64,000 nt of DNA from IMG/VR virus record IMGVR_UViG_3300029533_000034, one strand, 5' to 3'. Positions 50,860 through 61,763 of this stretch are shown here, piece by piece (the first letter of the stretch is position 1; each line of letters starts with the position of its first letter). Below the pieces are notes generated by a model, which saw only the letters and a program-made list of their open reading frames with translations, was not told where the DNA came from and did not search any database. The translations under genes and the position numbers were made by a program. Source of the stretch: a virus (lineage: Duplodnaviria > Heunggongvirae > Uroviricota > Caudoviricetes).

Positions 50860-53042
50860 CGAGTACAAAAAACTTCTGAAAAAATTCCATAAACTTTCTG
50901 ACCGGCATATCCTGGTCGCTGAGGCGGATATGTCCTATCCTGATGTGCAGAAGGTCGTCAACCTTTCCAACAGGATCCGGAAAGCCGGCAATGAGCTTGT
51001 AGGTGTCATGAAAAAGAATTACGAACAGCTCATGCGTACCAAAAAGTACCGCAAGCTGCTTCAGCTGTATGGTTCCACTGAGGACAAGAAGAAACGCAAA
51101 ACATATGCCGGACAGCTCAATGAGATGCAGGAACAGTACAATCTTACAAAAGAGTCCTGCCGGACGTTAATGATACCTATTGGTAAAAAGTATGGCATTG
51201 ATGCCATATTTGCCCTCACGAAAGCCGAGGATGTATGGCACGGCGTTGAAAAATGTCTTTATGGGAATGGGAAAACGCTTCATTTCTCCAAATATGGGGA
51301 TCTGCCATGCATCCGGGCAAAGCAGATCAACCGAGGTATCCCGATGTCTGTAAAAAACAATGAACTGAAGTTTAAGCTTGGGAAATTAGTTTTCGGGATA
51401 CAGGTCAAAGACCGGTTCCAGACAGATGAAGTCAATGTTGTCCTGGATTATCTGGCACAGCCGGAAGTCATAGACAACAAGGCAGTAAAGACTCTTCAGG
51501 ATGAAGCGTGCTGTATCAGCACGTACCGGCCTTGCTACGCAACGCTCGTACCGAAATTCATCCGTGGGAAATACAGGGTATACCTGCATCTCGTCATTGA
51601 GGGCAGGGCAAAACCTAAATACGACAGATTTGGCAATCCCCGACCTAAATACGGCACAGGTATTATTGGCGCTGATATCGGCACACAGACGGTGGCTTAT
51701 ACTTCTGACACAGAGGCAGGACTTAAGAACCTGTCGGAAAGAGGCAACAGCATACAGAAGTCTGAACATATGGAAAGACTTTATTACCGTGCTATGGACC
51801 GTAGCAGACGTACGATGAACCCGCAGAATTATAATGCCGATGGCACCATTAAGAAAGGGAAGAAGAAGTGGACTTACTCCAGACGTTACAAAAAGCTGAA
51901 AACAAAGCACACGGAACTCTGCCGCATAAATGCCATAAACAGGAAGCTTGCCATAAATGAGGATGTAAACCACCTGCGTTGTCTCGGAGATACATTTGTC
52001 ACGGAACCTAAAAATGCAGCCAGGCTCATGAAACGTTCGAAAGAGACAACCGTTAATAACAAAGGCAAAATTAACAGGAAGAAACGTTTTGGAAAGTCGG
52101 TAAAGAACCGGTGCCCGGGCGGTTTCCAGACTGCCGTGGAAAATAAGTTCAAAACATCCGGCGGTACATATATAGAAGTACCCAATAATTACAGGGCAAG
52201 CCAGTTTGACCACACGGCAGATGATTACATAAATTAGAGTTGTAGAAAGGATATATGAATGATTCTAACAGAACATGAACAGGTAATTATTAACAATATG
52301 AGACACCCATCAATTCGTACAGTAACGGCGAGCAAATCGTATAAAGATTTATCCGATGAAGAGCTTACTTCACTAATTGGCAAAATAGATGACTATGTGA
52401 ATGAAATTGGTGAAACACAGAGAGCTTTCGGTAATTATGATGAATTTTACGTATTAGAATTTGATTCGATTAAGGCTCATCTAGTAGATGAATGTCAACG
52501 CAGAAAAATTATGCTTAGAATGCAAGGCGATAAATTTGACGTTTATCGAAAAGAATATAATGAAATAGTAAATAGCGCAATGAATCATCCTGTTGGATGC
52601 AGCCAGACTCATGAAACGGGCGAAAGAGACAACTGTTAATAACAAAGGCAAGATCAACAGGAAGAAACGTTTTGGAAAGTCGGTAAAGAACCGGTGCCCG
52701 GGCGGTTTCCAGGCTGCCGTGGAAAATAAGTTCAAAACATCCGGCGGTACATACATAGAAGTACCCAATAATTACAGAGCAAGCCAGTATGATCACACGG
52801 CAGATGATTACATTAAAAAGAAACTGTCTGACAGGATGTATAAACTTGCAGACGGAATACTGGTACAGAGGGACTGGTACTCATCATTCCTGTTGTACTG
52901 CTACAATTACAGAACCAATGATATAGATAAAAAGAAATGTGCTGCAGAATTTAAAAAATGCTACAGCATGGAAAAGGATTTCATTGAATGGATTAAAAAA
53001 CATAAAATCAAGGTATTAAACATTGGAATTAAAATAGCATAA
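50849..53042 (+). pseudogene. tnpB: tnpB split into 50849-52237 and 52593-53042
   Basis: RuvC-I GADIG and RuvC-II VTEP lie in the first part, RuvC-III QRDWYS only in the second. A 217-bp segment is present twice. Confidence 0.85.
52259..52639 (+). CDS. AT-rich hypothetical gene captured inside tnpB
   Basis: AAAGGA upstream; lies between the duplicated tnpB segments. Confidence 0.55.
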   Translation: MILTEHEQVIINNMRHPSIRTVTASKSYKDLSDEELTSLIGKIDDYVNEIGETQRAFGNYDEFYVLEFDSIKAHLVDECQRRKIMLRMQGDKFDVYRKEYNEIVNSAMNHPVGCSQTHETGERDNC

Positions 53043-53367
53043 CTAAAACGCATTAGGGAGACTGACTATACTTCCTTGCTGTAAAGCAGAAATTTACCGA
53101 AACACAACTAGCTTTCTTTACATAATAATGTGGCCTTTGGGCTGCTTGGTAATAAAAGTTCTTACTCAAACAGACTTATACCTGTATTCCAAAGCCTATG
53201 AAAATATTCGTATGGTGCACGATTACAGGCTAAACTTGGCAGTAAGAACCCCACAGGCTTGCCTGTGGGAGTAGTCAGTGTAAAATGAGAAAAAGAGGGT
53301 CCAATGGGAAAACTTTTTTGTTTCATATTAAAGATGTAAACAAAAACGTATCTGAAAGGAGAAAAAT

Positions 53368-53700
53368 ATGAAAAAAGAAGAATTGAATGGAGTCGCAAGA
53401 GTCCGTTTCTGCGACTATTCGCAATACGAGTCCGAGAAATCCAGCAACGGTGGCTGCTATGGATTCTGGACCGACTATACCCGGCAGGAAGACGGAAACT
53501 GGGAGGTATCTTACGGTACTACAGCAGATTTTCCGTTTTGCCCGGTATGTGGCGACTTCAATGATCATTACGAAGGTGATGATTGCCGCTTCGAATCCGG
53601 GTATAGCTGTGGCGATTATGAAATTGTCACAGAGGAAGAACTCCTTAAGCTCATCAACGAGTTTAAGGAAACAGAGGATGAGTACATCGAATTCAAGTAA
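53368..53700 (+). CDS. Hypothetical protein
   Basis: Class A motif and RBS; CPVCG. Confidence 0.7.
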   Translation: MKKEELNGVARVRFCDYSQYESEKSSNGGCYGFWTDYTRQEDGNWEVSYGTTADFPFCPVCGDFNDHYEGDDCRFESGYSCGDYEIVTEEELLKLINEFKETEDEYIEFK

Positions 53701-53798
53701 TGGACTCATCTTTTAAGACATGGCTTCGGCTGTGTCTTTTTTTTGTTCCATATTGTAGGTGTAAACAAAATTTTAAGCCAATGAAAGGAGAAAAAATA

Positions 53799-55868
53799 AT
53801 GAATGAGACAAAAAAGAAAGAGATGGAGGCATTAATCAAAGCATTGAATGAGGCATCTTCTGCTTATTACAACGGAGGGACATCTTCGATGTCTGACCGC
53901 GAGTGGGATGCCATGTTCGACCAGCTTAAGAAGATGGAAGAGGAAACAGGAGTTGTTTACCCGAATTCACCGACACAGGGAGTCGGTGCCCCGGTCAAAG
54001 TTGATAAGTTGCTGGAAGTCAGACACGAATTTCCTGCACGGTCGCTGGACAAGACAAAGGATATTTCCGTGTTCCCAAAGATTTTCGGGAAAAGGGCGGC
54101 AGGCATGGCAGTTGTCATGTGGAAACTGGACGGCAGTACGATCGTCCTTACCTATGATGACGGGCAGCTGGCTCTTGCTGCTACCCGTGGCAACGGCGAA
54201 ACAGGGACGGATATCACGCATAACGCACCGTATATTGCCGGTATCCCGCAGAAGATTCCGTACAAGGGACATCTGGTAGTCCGCGGGGAAGCAGTCATGT
54301 CCTACAAAGAGTTTGAACGGCTCAACAATTCGCGCCCGGAAGGGGTGGAAGAATACGCAAATCCGCGTAATCTTGCAAATTCAACGGTGGGCATGAAAGA
54401 CTCAGAAGAAATGAGAAAACGTAAGATTCAGTTCTTCGCGTTTACGCTTGTCCATATGGATGACCAGATTCCGGATGATCAGGATACCTTCATGGGACGC
54501 CTGAATTACCTGGATTCCCTTGGATTCGACACGGTGTACCGTCTTTACGGAGACAGCCAGAGCGATCTAATTGAGGTTATGAACGGATTTTCTGATGCAG
54601 TTGAGCAGTTTGAGTATCCGGTGGATGGACTTGTTGTTGCATCGGATGACGTCCGGTACGCTGAGACTCTGCCGGGAACCGGGCACAATCCGGATCCACT
54701 CGTAGGTTATGCCTTAAAGTGGCAGGATGAGATCGTGAAAACGGTGCTTCGGAAGATTGAATGGAGTCTTGGACGTACTGGTGCAATTACTCCGGTGGCA
54801 TTTTTTGACCCGGTGGAGCTGGAAGGCACCACGGTCAGCCGTGCGAGCGTACACAACGTCAGTATCATGAAGAAATACCGGTTGCGTGTGGGAGATACAA
54901 TCGGTGTATATAAGGCAAACAAGATTATTCCGCAGGTTGCAGTGAACTATACCGCAGATGAGAATCATACGCCGGCTCTTAAATACAAGGAAAGCCATAG
55001 CGTGCATTGTCCGTGCTGTGGAATGGAAACAGAATCACATATTTCCGATGACGGAACAACGGAAATCGAAGTATGTGTCAATCCGAAATGTCCAGCAAAA
55101 GATGTAAAGAAGTTCGCGCATTTCGTTGAGCGCGACTGTATGAACATCAAAGGACTGTCGGAGGCAACACTGCAGAAATTCCTTGATTCCGGTTTTCTGC
55201 ATGAGTTCGCGGATCTGTACCATTTGGATAGATACAAGGACCAGATCGTTTCGATGGAAGGCTTTGGACAAAAATCATACGACAACCTGATCGACTCCGT
55301 TGAGAAAAGCCGTAGGACTTCCTTTGTTCCATTCATCCATTCCCTCGGTATTCCTAATATCGGGAAAGGGCAGGCAAAACTGTTTGACAAGGAATATAAT
55401 GGAGATGTTGAGAAGTTTTTCGTTGATGTATTCCAAAGACATGACTTTACCCACATTGAAGGTATCGGGGAAGTTTTAAACGACAACCTTTGGAAGTGGG
55501 GGAATGAGTATCTGAGATACATCCCATTTGGAGACTATTATGACAGGGTATATCCGTTTCTTAATCTGGAGGTTTGCCACCTGCTTAAAGAAGTGAAAAT
55601 CCAGGTTCCGAAGGAATCGTCAGTGGATGCAGCTCCCCTTGCCGGGAAAACATTTGTAATTACCGGAAAGTTGAAGCATTTCGCAAACCGGGATGCACTG
55701 GTGGCAAAGATTGAGGGACTTGGAGGAAAGACTTCTGGTTCGGTGTCAAAGAACACTTCGTATCTGATCAACAACGATGTAGAGAGTACATCAGGAAAGA
55801 ACAAGAAAGCAAAAGAACTTGGAGTGCCAGTTATTTCGGAAGACGAGTTTCTGGAAATGATAAAATAA
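53799..55868 (+). CDS. ligA: NAD-dependent DNA ligase
   Basis: KLDG, ATRGNG, VRGE, GRTGAITPV, C4 zinc finger, HhH motifs, BRCT. Confidence 0.97.
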   Translation: MNETKKKEMEALIKALNEASSAYYNGGTSSMSDREWDAMFDQLKKMEEETGVVYPNSPTQGVGAPVKVDKLLEVRHEFPARSLDKTKDISVFPKIFGKRAAGMAVVMWKLDGSTIVLTYDDGQLALAATRGNGETGTDITHNAPYIAGIPQKIPYKGHLVVRGEAVMSYKEFERLNNSRPEGVEEYANPRNLANSTVGMKDSEEMRKRKIQFFAFTLVHMDDQIPDDQDTFMGRLNYLDSLGFDTVYRLYGDSQSDLIEVMNGFSDAVEQFEYPVDGLVVASDDVRYAETLPGTGHNPDPLVGYALKWQDEIVKTVLRKIEWSLGRTGAITPVAFFDPVELEGTTVSRASVHNVSIMKKYRLRVGDTIGVYKANKIIPQVAVNYTADENHTPALKYKESHSVHCPCCGMETESHISDDGTTEIEVCVNPKCPAKDVKKFAHFVERDCMNIKGLSEATLQKFLDSGFLHEFADLYHLDRYKDQIVSMEGFGQKSYDNLIDSVEKSRRTSFVPFIHSLGIPNIGKGQAKLFDKEYNGDVEKFFVDVFQRHDFTHIEGIGEVLNDNLWKWGNEYLRYIPFGDYYDRVYPFLNLEVCHLLKEVKIQVPKESSVDAAPLAGKTFVITGKLKHFANRDALVAKIEGLGGKTSGSVSKNTSYLINNDVESTSGKNKKAKELGVPVISEDEFLEMIK

Positions 55869-55878
55869 GGAGAACGAT

Positions 55879-56469
55879 ATGTCAGAAATTAATGGAATCC
55901 ATATCTCCTTCGATATTGTGGACGAATTTACTCCCCGGGTGCCGCGTCAGCGGTGTCCTGGAGAAGATGAGACAGTTCCGCGGATCTGTGTTGCGGAAGA
56001 CATCCTGAATGCTGTTAATGCGGTCCCACAGGCAGGGCTTGTTATGGAGAATATGAAAAATCTCGGTCTTCCTGTCATAATCCATGCTTATTACCTTACA
56101 GGAGAGGGCATGGGAAAAGAGGAAGTGCAGAACTACGTTCCGGATGCAAAGCTGACAGGGGAGTTCTGGCTGACAGAAAAACCCCGGGAAGTACGGCGTG
56201 TGGACTACGAGATTGTGGATTTTACAACGGAAACGGTTAAGGATCCGTTTGGACACGATCTTACGGCTGTTGTGATTATTTCTTTCAATAAATGTGAATA
56301 TCAGGACAATGTGGAAAATTTCCTGCATTCCATGAACGGATGTGGGGACGTATCCAAAGAGCGCATGGAAAGAGCACGGAAAATTTTCAAGGAATATTCG
56401 TTCCGTACCGTAATATCGAATATCGGAGATTTAATTACGAAAAACGGAGATGCAATTACGAAGAAATAA
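55879..56469 (+). CDS. Hypothetical protein, possible ADP-ribosyltransferase-like fold
   Basis: HIS..FTPRVP..PRICVA..YVPDA..TGEFW pattern; directly after ligA. The fold call is speculative. Confidence 0.45.
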   Translation: MSEINGIHISFDIVDEFTPRVPRQRCPGEDETVPRICVAEDILNAVNAVPQAGLVMENMKNLGLPVIIHAYYLTGEGMGKEEVQNYVPDAKLTGEFWLTEKPREVRRVDYEIVDFTTETVKDPFGHDLTAVVIISFNKCEYQDNVENFLHSMNGCGDVSKERMERARKIFKEYSFRTVISNIGDLITKNGDAITKK

Positions 56470-56583
56470 GAGAAAAGAGGAACCTGCGGGTTCTTCTTTT
56501 TTTCCATCTTAAGCGGTCAGTGCAGGAATTTTATTTCATATTGTAGGTGTAAACAAAAATGTTTCAGCGAAAGGAGAAAACTT

Positions 56584-57111
56584 ATGAAAAAAGAAATTGA
56601 AAGATATGAGCAGGAGATGCAGGAAAAACACAACGCTTCTGTACTTCAGGCAATTAAGGAACTGGATCAGAAGATATGGAAAAAATATCATCCGGATTAC
56701 AATGGAGAAAACGAACCGTCTTTACAGTTGGCTCCAACATGGTTGAAAACGGATGTAATTTCTGTTCTTATGGATTTCCCGGAAAGCGAAGGGGATGTCT
56801 TGTCCATGATCCAAAAATCGGCATATGCTGATGAAATTTTCAAGAAGTATCTTGCTATGGAAGAGGTCAGAAGACAGATTGCTGTCAGAAACGATTTTAA
56901 GGCGGCCTTTAATTCAGTCAAACATGGATGGGAGCTTTCCAGTGATCTTGATTACTCCATGTCGAAAAAGGACTTGTCCAATCTTGCAAAACTGCATAAA
57001 GCTGGAAAATGTAGAAGAAAAATAGAGGAACTGCTCACAGACTGTAATTTCCATTCAGCGTGTGGAGCGTTTTGCAAGCACGACTACGATGAGTTTTTAT
57101 CAGAAAATTAA
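56584..57111 (+). CDS. Hypothetical protein
   Basis: Class A motif and RBS; C-terminal IEELLTDCNFH. Confidence 0.7.
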   Translation: MKKEIERYEQEMQEKHNASVLQAIKELDQKIWKKYHPDYNGENEPSLQLAPTWLKTDVISVLMDFPESEGDVLSMIQKSAYADEIFKKYLAMEEVRRQIAVRNDFKAAFNSVKHGWELSSDLDYSMSKKDLSNLAKLHKAGKCRRKIEELLTDCNFHSACGAFCKHDYDEFLSEN

Positions 57112-57352
57112 TAAGAAAAGAGAGAAACTTGCAACCTGCGGGTTTCTCTTTTTTTTGCCTTCCCATCTTAAGCGGTTAGTGCGGAAATTTTGTTTCATAT
57201 TGGTAGTGTAAACGAAACTATTTCAAAAGCGAAAGGAGAAAAAAGACTATGCGAAAAAAGAAAATAAAAATCATCGAAAAACCTCATCGGTCTTGAAATT
57301 TTTGTATAAGTAAGAAAACAAAAGTTTCAATAGAAAATTGGAGGAAAATATT

Positions 57353-57670
57353 ATGGTACAAACAATTAAAATACCAAGCAAAGAAATGGAATTAATTAAT
57401 GATTTGCTAAACCTCACAGGAGATGAGATTTATCAGAAATATGGATATAAGCGAGACGAAACAATTACACATACTGCCAAATTCCCAAATGGAATTGAAG
57501 CAGATATTAAGTTAGTAATTTGTGAAGAAGAAGCTCCATATACAGAAGGTATATTATTCCATAATGGATTTGAACTAACATGCACAGAACCAGATTGTAC
57601 ATATGACGGTGAATGGAACTTCGAACATAATGGAATTGAATACACTGTTCTCGTGGAAGTGGAAAATTGA
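57353..57670 (+). CDS. Hypothetical protein
   Basis: GGAGG RBS. Confidence 0.65.
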   Translation: MVQTIKIPSKEMELINDLLNLTGDEIYQKYGYKRDETITHTAKFPNGIEADIKLVICEEEAPYTEGILFHNGFELTCTEPDCTYDGEWNFEHNGIEYTVLVEVEN

Positions 57671-57714
57671 AGAAACGATGGCTTAACAGATTAAGATTTA
57701 AAAGAGGGAAACAA

Positions 57715-57963
57715 ATGCAAATAAATGTTAAATATAATGTTGGAGAAAAAATAAAAAGACCACGTAATTGTTTTGCCACTACATCTCATTCTGGTTCAAG
57801 CGCAGAACAAATTCTCAGAGTTGAAAGAATAATTATTGAAAGAGGAAATTCTTTCAACGGTTGGAAAACAAAATTCTACTATGAGTGCCAAGATGAGCAG
57901 AATGGTAATTTTGTCACATTGGATGATGAAGAAATAGATAAATGTAGTAGTATGAAACGATGA
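57715..57963 (+). CDS. Hypothetical protein
   Basis: GAGGG RBS; KYNVGEKI start. Confidence 0.55.
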   Translation: MQINVKYNVGEKIKRPRNCFATTSHSGSSAEQILRVERIIIERGNSFNGWKTKFYYECQDEQNGNFVTLDDEEIDKCSSMKR

Positions 57964-58074
57964 TTTCATCAAGAAAATAAACAGGATAAAGGCACGGCTT
58001 CGGCTGTGTCTTTTTTTTTGTATTTCATATTAAAAATGTAGAGATTTTTTTTTGTGAAAGGAGAAAGAGAAAAT

Positions 58075-59457
58075 ATGAAAAAAGAAGAATTAATACCGGA
58101 TGTCTGCACGCGGGAAGATATTGACCGGCTATATCAGGTGTTTACCGCATCAGGATATCAGCTGTATCCCGTTGGGGGCTGTGTGAGGGATGCTGTAGCC
58201 GGAACAGCACCACACGACTACGATATGTGTACAAATGCTGTTCCGGCGCGGGTCATTCAGATTTTGCAGGACGGGCAGATTCCGTTCCATGCACCGGGGA
58301 TCGACTTTGGTACGGTCATTGCAGATGTAAGAGGGAATTCCTACGAAATTACGAGCTTCCGGTCAGAAAGAGAATATACCGATGGCCGGCATCCGGGTAA
58401 GATCGTATTTGAGAAGGAGATAAATAAGGATCTTTCCAGAAGAGACTTTACGATCAATGCGATGGCTTACGATCTGCAGTCCGAAACGGTCATTGACCCA
58501 TTCAACGGCATCAGCGACCTACAGAACGGCATCATTAAATGTGTTGGAGACCCTTTCGAGCGCTTTCAGGAGGACGGGCTTCGGATTGTCCGGGCACTTC
58601 GATTTGCAATCCGCTATGGGGCAGATTTTGATGGGAAAACGGCGGAAGCAATCCATGAGAACCTTGGAATGCTGCAGAACGTTTCAAAAGAACGTATCCT
58701 TATGGAATTTAGGAAAATCCTGAGTATGGATAAACCGGTTTCCAGAGTTTTTGTGGAATATGCAGATGTAATTACCTGCCTTATTCCGGAATTAAAGTCG
58801 TGCGTACATTTCAATCAGAACAACAGATACCATAAGCATGATGTGTACGAGCATCTGCTCGCTGTAACAGATCTGTGTCAGACCACAAAATTTGAGATTA
58901 AGATGGCAGCACTGCTTCACGATATTGGAAAGCCGGACAGCTACATGGAAGATGAGAACGGACATGGTCATTTTTACGGGCATCCGGCAGTATCCGCGGA
59001 GATTGCAAAGGGAGTTCTGAAAACGGATTTTAAGGGGTTGAAGACGGAAGAATATGACCGTATCGTCGCGCTTGTGAAAACGCACGACAAATCAATTTCG
59101 TCGTCAAGAAAATCCGTAAAAAGATTCATCGCTGCTCATGGGGCGGATTTCCTCGATGACTGGGCTGTTTTAAAGAAAGCAGATTTCGATGACCACATTT
59201 TCCCGTCAGAACCGCCAAAAAACTGGTTTACGGATATTCCAGAGGTATTGAAAATTCGTGATGAATTAGTGGCTGAGGAGACGTGCTTTTCTTTGAAAGA
59301 TCTGGCGGTTAATGGAAAAGATCTGATGAAAGAACTTGGATTGAAGCCGGGGAAGAAGATCGGTGATATTCTTCAGCAGATGCTGGAGGCGGTCCTTAAC
59401 GAAACGACAGCAAACGATCGGGAGGAACTTCTTTCTCTCGCGCAGAAACTTATTTGA
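58075..59457 (+). CDS. cca: CCA-adding tRNA nucleotidyltransferase / poly(A) polymerase family with HD domain
   Basis: VGGCVRD..DYD, RRDFTINAMA, EDGLRIVRALRF, H..LLHDIGK. Confidence 0.9.
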   Translation: MKKEELIPDVCTREDIDRLYQVFTASGYQLYPVGGCVRDAVAGTAPHDYDMCTNAVPARVIQILQDGQIPFHAPGIDFGTVIADVRGNSYEITSFRSEREYTDGRHPGKIVFEKEINKDLSRRDFTINAMAYDLQSETVIDPFNGISDLQNGIIKCVGDPFERFQEDGLRIVRALRFAIRYGADFDGKTAEAIHENLGMLQNVSKERILMEFRKILSMDKPVSRVFVEYADVITCLIPELKSCVHFNQNNRYHKHDVYEHLLAVTDLCQTTKFEIKMAALLHDIGKPDSYMEDENGHGHFYGHPAVSAEIAKGVLKTDFKGLKTEEYDRIVALVKTHDKSISSSRKSVKRFIAAHGADFLDDWAVLKKADFDDHIFPSEPPKNWFTDIPEVLKIRDELVAEETCFSLKDLAVNGKDLMKELGLKPGKKIGDILQQMLEAVLNETTANDREELLSLAQKLI

Positions 59458-59688
59458 GACAAAAAAAGAAAGCCTGTATCCCAGACTTTCTTTTTCTTTC
59501 CCTATTTTGCTTCGATAATGAGTACATTGTCAGTTATCGGTTTTCCGTAGCCGTTTTTTGCGGTGCTGAACAGCACGGCCGATTCATTTCACGATTTCCC
59601 ATCGCGGCAGTCATAAACTGCGTAATTGCAATTTGCATCAAAATCGTCCGAATAAATAAGATCTCCAACCAGCATATGTTTTCCCCTC

Positions 59689-60192
59689 CTACCCGTAGTA
59701 TTCCTGTTTGAGAAAATCTGGTTTTCCTTCAATTCCAAGTTCGTCCATATATTTCTTGTAAATGGAATCAAGCTTTTCTCTGGTTAAGTTCTTTTCTGTT
59801 TCGTTGTGTTTCCATGGAAAAGATTCCTGGAAAATGACAGCTGGATAAGTGTCGCAATTCCCATCTGCTCCGTAGTAAGCAAACCAGATACCTGTTTCAC
59901 GGGTCATAATGTTGCTAATCACAGCGCCTACGCCCTGTGCTCCGGAACACTGGCAGCTGTAAGACTCGAAATTACTTTCGACAAGATCCTCCAGCTCGGA
60001 TTTCTCAAATGTCTTTGGATTTTCATTCTCGTCTTTGACATCGAGTTGTTCGAAAAAGTGGTTGAAACGTTCTGTTTCGTCATCACTTTGACAGAAAGAC
60101 GAGGCATGGTTCTTAATAAACTCCTTAAATTTTTCCGCATCACAGTCGCAGTTAAATCCAATGCCGTAGTAAATGATTGAGTTCATACTCAT
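59689..60192 (-). CDS. Hypothetical protein
   Basis: Class A motif and GAAAGGAG on the minus strand. Confidence 0.7.
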   Translation of the reverse strand: MSMNSIIYYGIGFNCDCDAEKFKEFIKNHASSFCQSDDETERFNHFFEQLDVKDENENPKTFEKSELEDLVESNFESYSCQCSGAQGVGAVISNIMTRETGIWFAYYGADGNCDTYPAVIFQESFPWKHNETEKNLTREKLDSIYKKYMDELGIEGKPDFLKQEYYG

Positions 60193-60328
60193 ATTTTGTA
60201 TCTCCTTTCGATAATGAAATTTTTTGGTTTACGTCTTTAATATGGAATAAAAAAGTTTCGTCCTGTGAGTGTTTTTCCATTTCATATTGTTGGTGTAAAC
60301 AAAAACCTGTGCGAAAGGAGAAAATGAG

Positions 60329-60637
60329 ATGGAAAAGAAAGAGATTGGAACGATGAGAGAGAAGGAATTCAAAGATGCCCTGCAGGAATCCAGAGAATAT
60401 CTCTCAGACTATATTTGTGTTAGCAAAGATGTAATCAGGGCAATCCAGCGGCATGCAAAGCGCTATGGCATCATGCCTGGAATCTGTGCATGGTATCTCG
60501 ACTGGGAAGATTTTTGTTCTGACTGGTGTGATCAGTGTGGATATACGCGAACGCAGGCAAGAAAACTGTTGCATGGAGGAATCGGGGAATTTCAGGTTTT
60601 GCCAAATGGAAACGGAATAATCCGGTATACATTGTAA
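60329..60637 (+). CDS. Hypothetical protein
   Basis: Class A motif and RBS. Confidence 0.7.
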   Translation: MEKKEIGTMREKEFKDALQESREYLSDYICVSKDVIRAIQRHAKRYGIMPGICAWYLDWEDFCSDWCDQCGYTRTQARKLLHGGIGEFQVLPNGNGIIRYTL

Positions 60638-60649
60638 GAGGAGAAAACT

Positions 60650-60862
60650 ATGAATAAGACTTATTATATTTTTCGACACCGTGTTGGCGTACCAAGGCAT
60701 CTGGATGTCTGCCTTGCGGATGAGAAGAATGGAAGTAATTTCATTTTCCAGACGAAAGATGCCTCTCAGAGATGTCTTGAGAAAGAATTCCGTAATGGGA
60801 GAGCGTTTCATGACCAAAAATATGGATATGTAAAGCATTACATTCGGTATTTTTACAGTTAA
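60650..60862 (+). CDS. Small hypothetical protein, paralog of 19354-19563
   Basis: GAGGAG RBS and visible similarity to the 19354 protein. Confidence 0.65.
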   Translation: MNKTYYIFRHRVGVPRHLDVCLADEKNGSNFIFQTKDASQRCLEKEFRNGRAFHDQKYGYVKHYIRYFYS

Positions 60863-60959
60863 GCGTATGCGAAAGAGTTCCTTTTTTAGAGGGGGGCTCT
60901 TTTTTTGTTTCATATTACTGATGTAAACTTTTTAAGACTATTCGAAAGGAGAAAATAAG

Positions 60960-61763
60960 ATGAAAGTAAAGAAATTAGCGGATGGAACAATACAGTTCCA
61001 AAAAGATGAGCGCGATTATGAGGACGTTGTTTACACCGTTTTCTTTGAAACAAATTTACTGCTTCTTGGTTTGAAGAAAGAAGATACTTCTGAAACTGTG
61101 CAATTCTTTTACAGCATGGATACCGACAAGAAATACGGCACGGTTCATTTGCCGGAAGATCAGAAACGGTTTGATGCTGGCGAGGTATTAACTCTGTATC
61201 CGATGGATATGACGATGGATGACTATGAAGTTCTTTGCAATGAAAAACTTATGTTTGAGATGTCTGGAGGACAGGTAATGGATGCGTTCTCGATTAATGA
61301 GAAATCTTTTGTTTTGTGTCCGTACGTCGTTGTTCCACATAAGGAGAAACCTTCCTTCAAATGCCTTGTATTCGACTATGAAATGAATCCAGTGGATGGA
61401 TATGCGGATGTTTGTGGAGACAATCCTTTCACAGTTATGAAAAGGGTAATGGAAAAACTTGGGTTGGATGAGGAGAGTCCTGTATCGCGCATTGAAACAA
61501 CGTCTGCTTTAATGCGTGCTAGATATCGTAAATGGTTTTACACATACGGAAGCAGTAACCAGTTTCCTTTCCAGAGTGGCTGGACAGAGGTGCTTGCTAC
61601 TGATGCAAAACGAGCAAATCAAACTTTTCGTGGTGTTCACCCAGATGTAACTCCTGGTTATTTGAATTGTGCGTACATGTACAGTCAGGATGAGTTCCCA
61701 ATGAGTATGGCTTCCGCAGGAAATTATGGAAGCTGGACGCAGGAAACCCTGATTGCCAGATAG
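60960..61763 (+). CDS. Hypothetical protein
   Basis: Class A motif and RBS; C-terminal FYTYGS..FPFQSGWTEV..A..F..HPD..LNCAYMY. Confidence 0.7.
   Translation: MKVKKLADGTIQFQKDERDYEDVVYTVFFETNLLLLGLKKEDTSETVQFFYSMDTDKKYGTVHLPEDQKRFDAGEVLTLYPMDMTMDDYEVLCNEKLMFEMSGGQVMDAFSINEKSFVLCPYVVVPHKEKPSFKCLVFDYEMNPVDGYADVCGDNPFTVMKRVMEKLGLDEESPVSRIETTSALMRARYRKWFYTYGSSNQFPFQSGWTEVLATDAKRANQTFRGVHPDVTPGYLNCAYMYSQDEFPMSMASAGNYGSWTQETLIAR

Larger units (their letters stand above)
50159..53278 (+). mobile_element. IS605-group element (tnpA plus interrupted tnpB)
   Basis: Left end follows TTTAT with hairpin CCCACAGGCTTGTCTGTGGG; the same hairpin plus AGTAGTCAG marks the right end. Confidence 0.9.

Noticed and set aside
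59502..59676. In-frame TGA in a small minus-strand ORF as evidence of stop-codon recoding
   Set aside because: Many genes here end normally at TGA, TAA and TAG and no suppressor tRNA was seen. A nonsense mutation is simpler.
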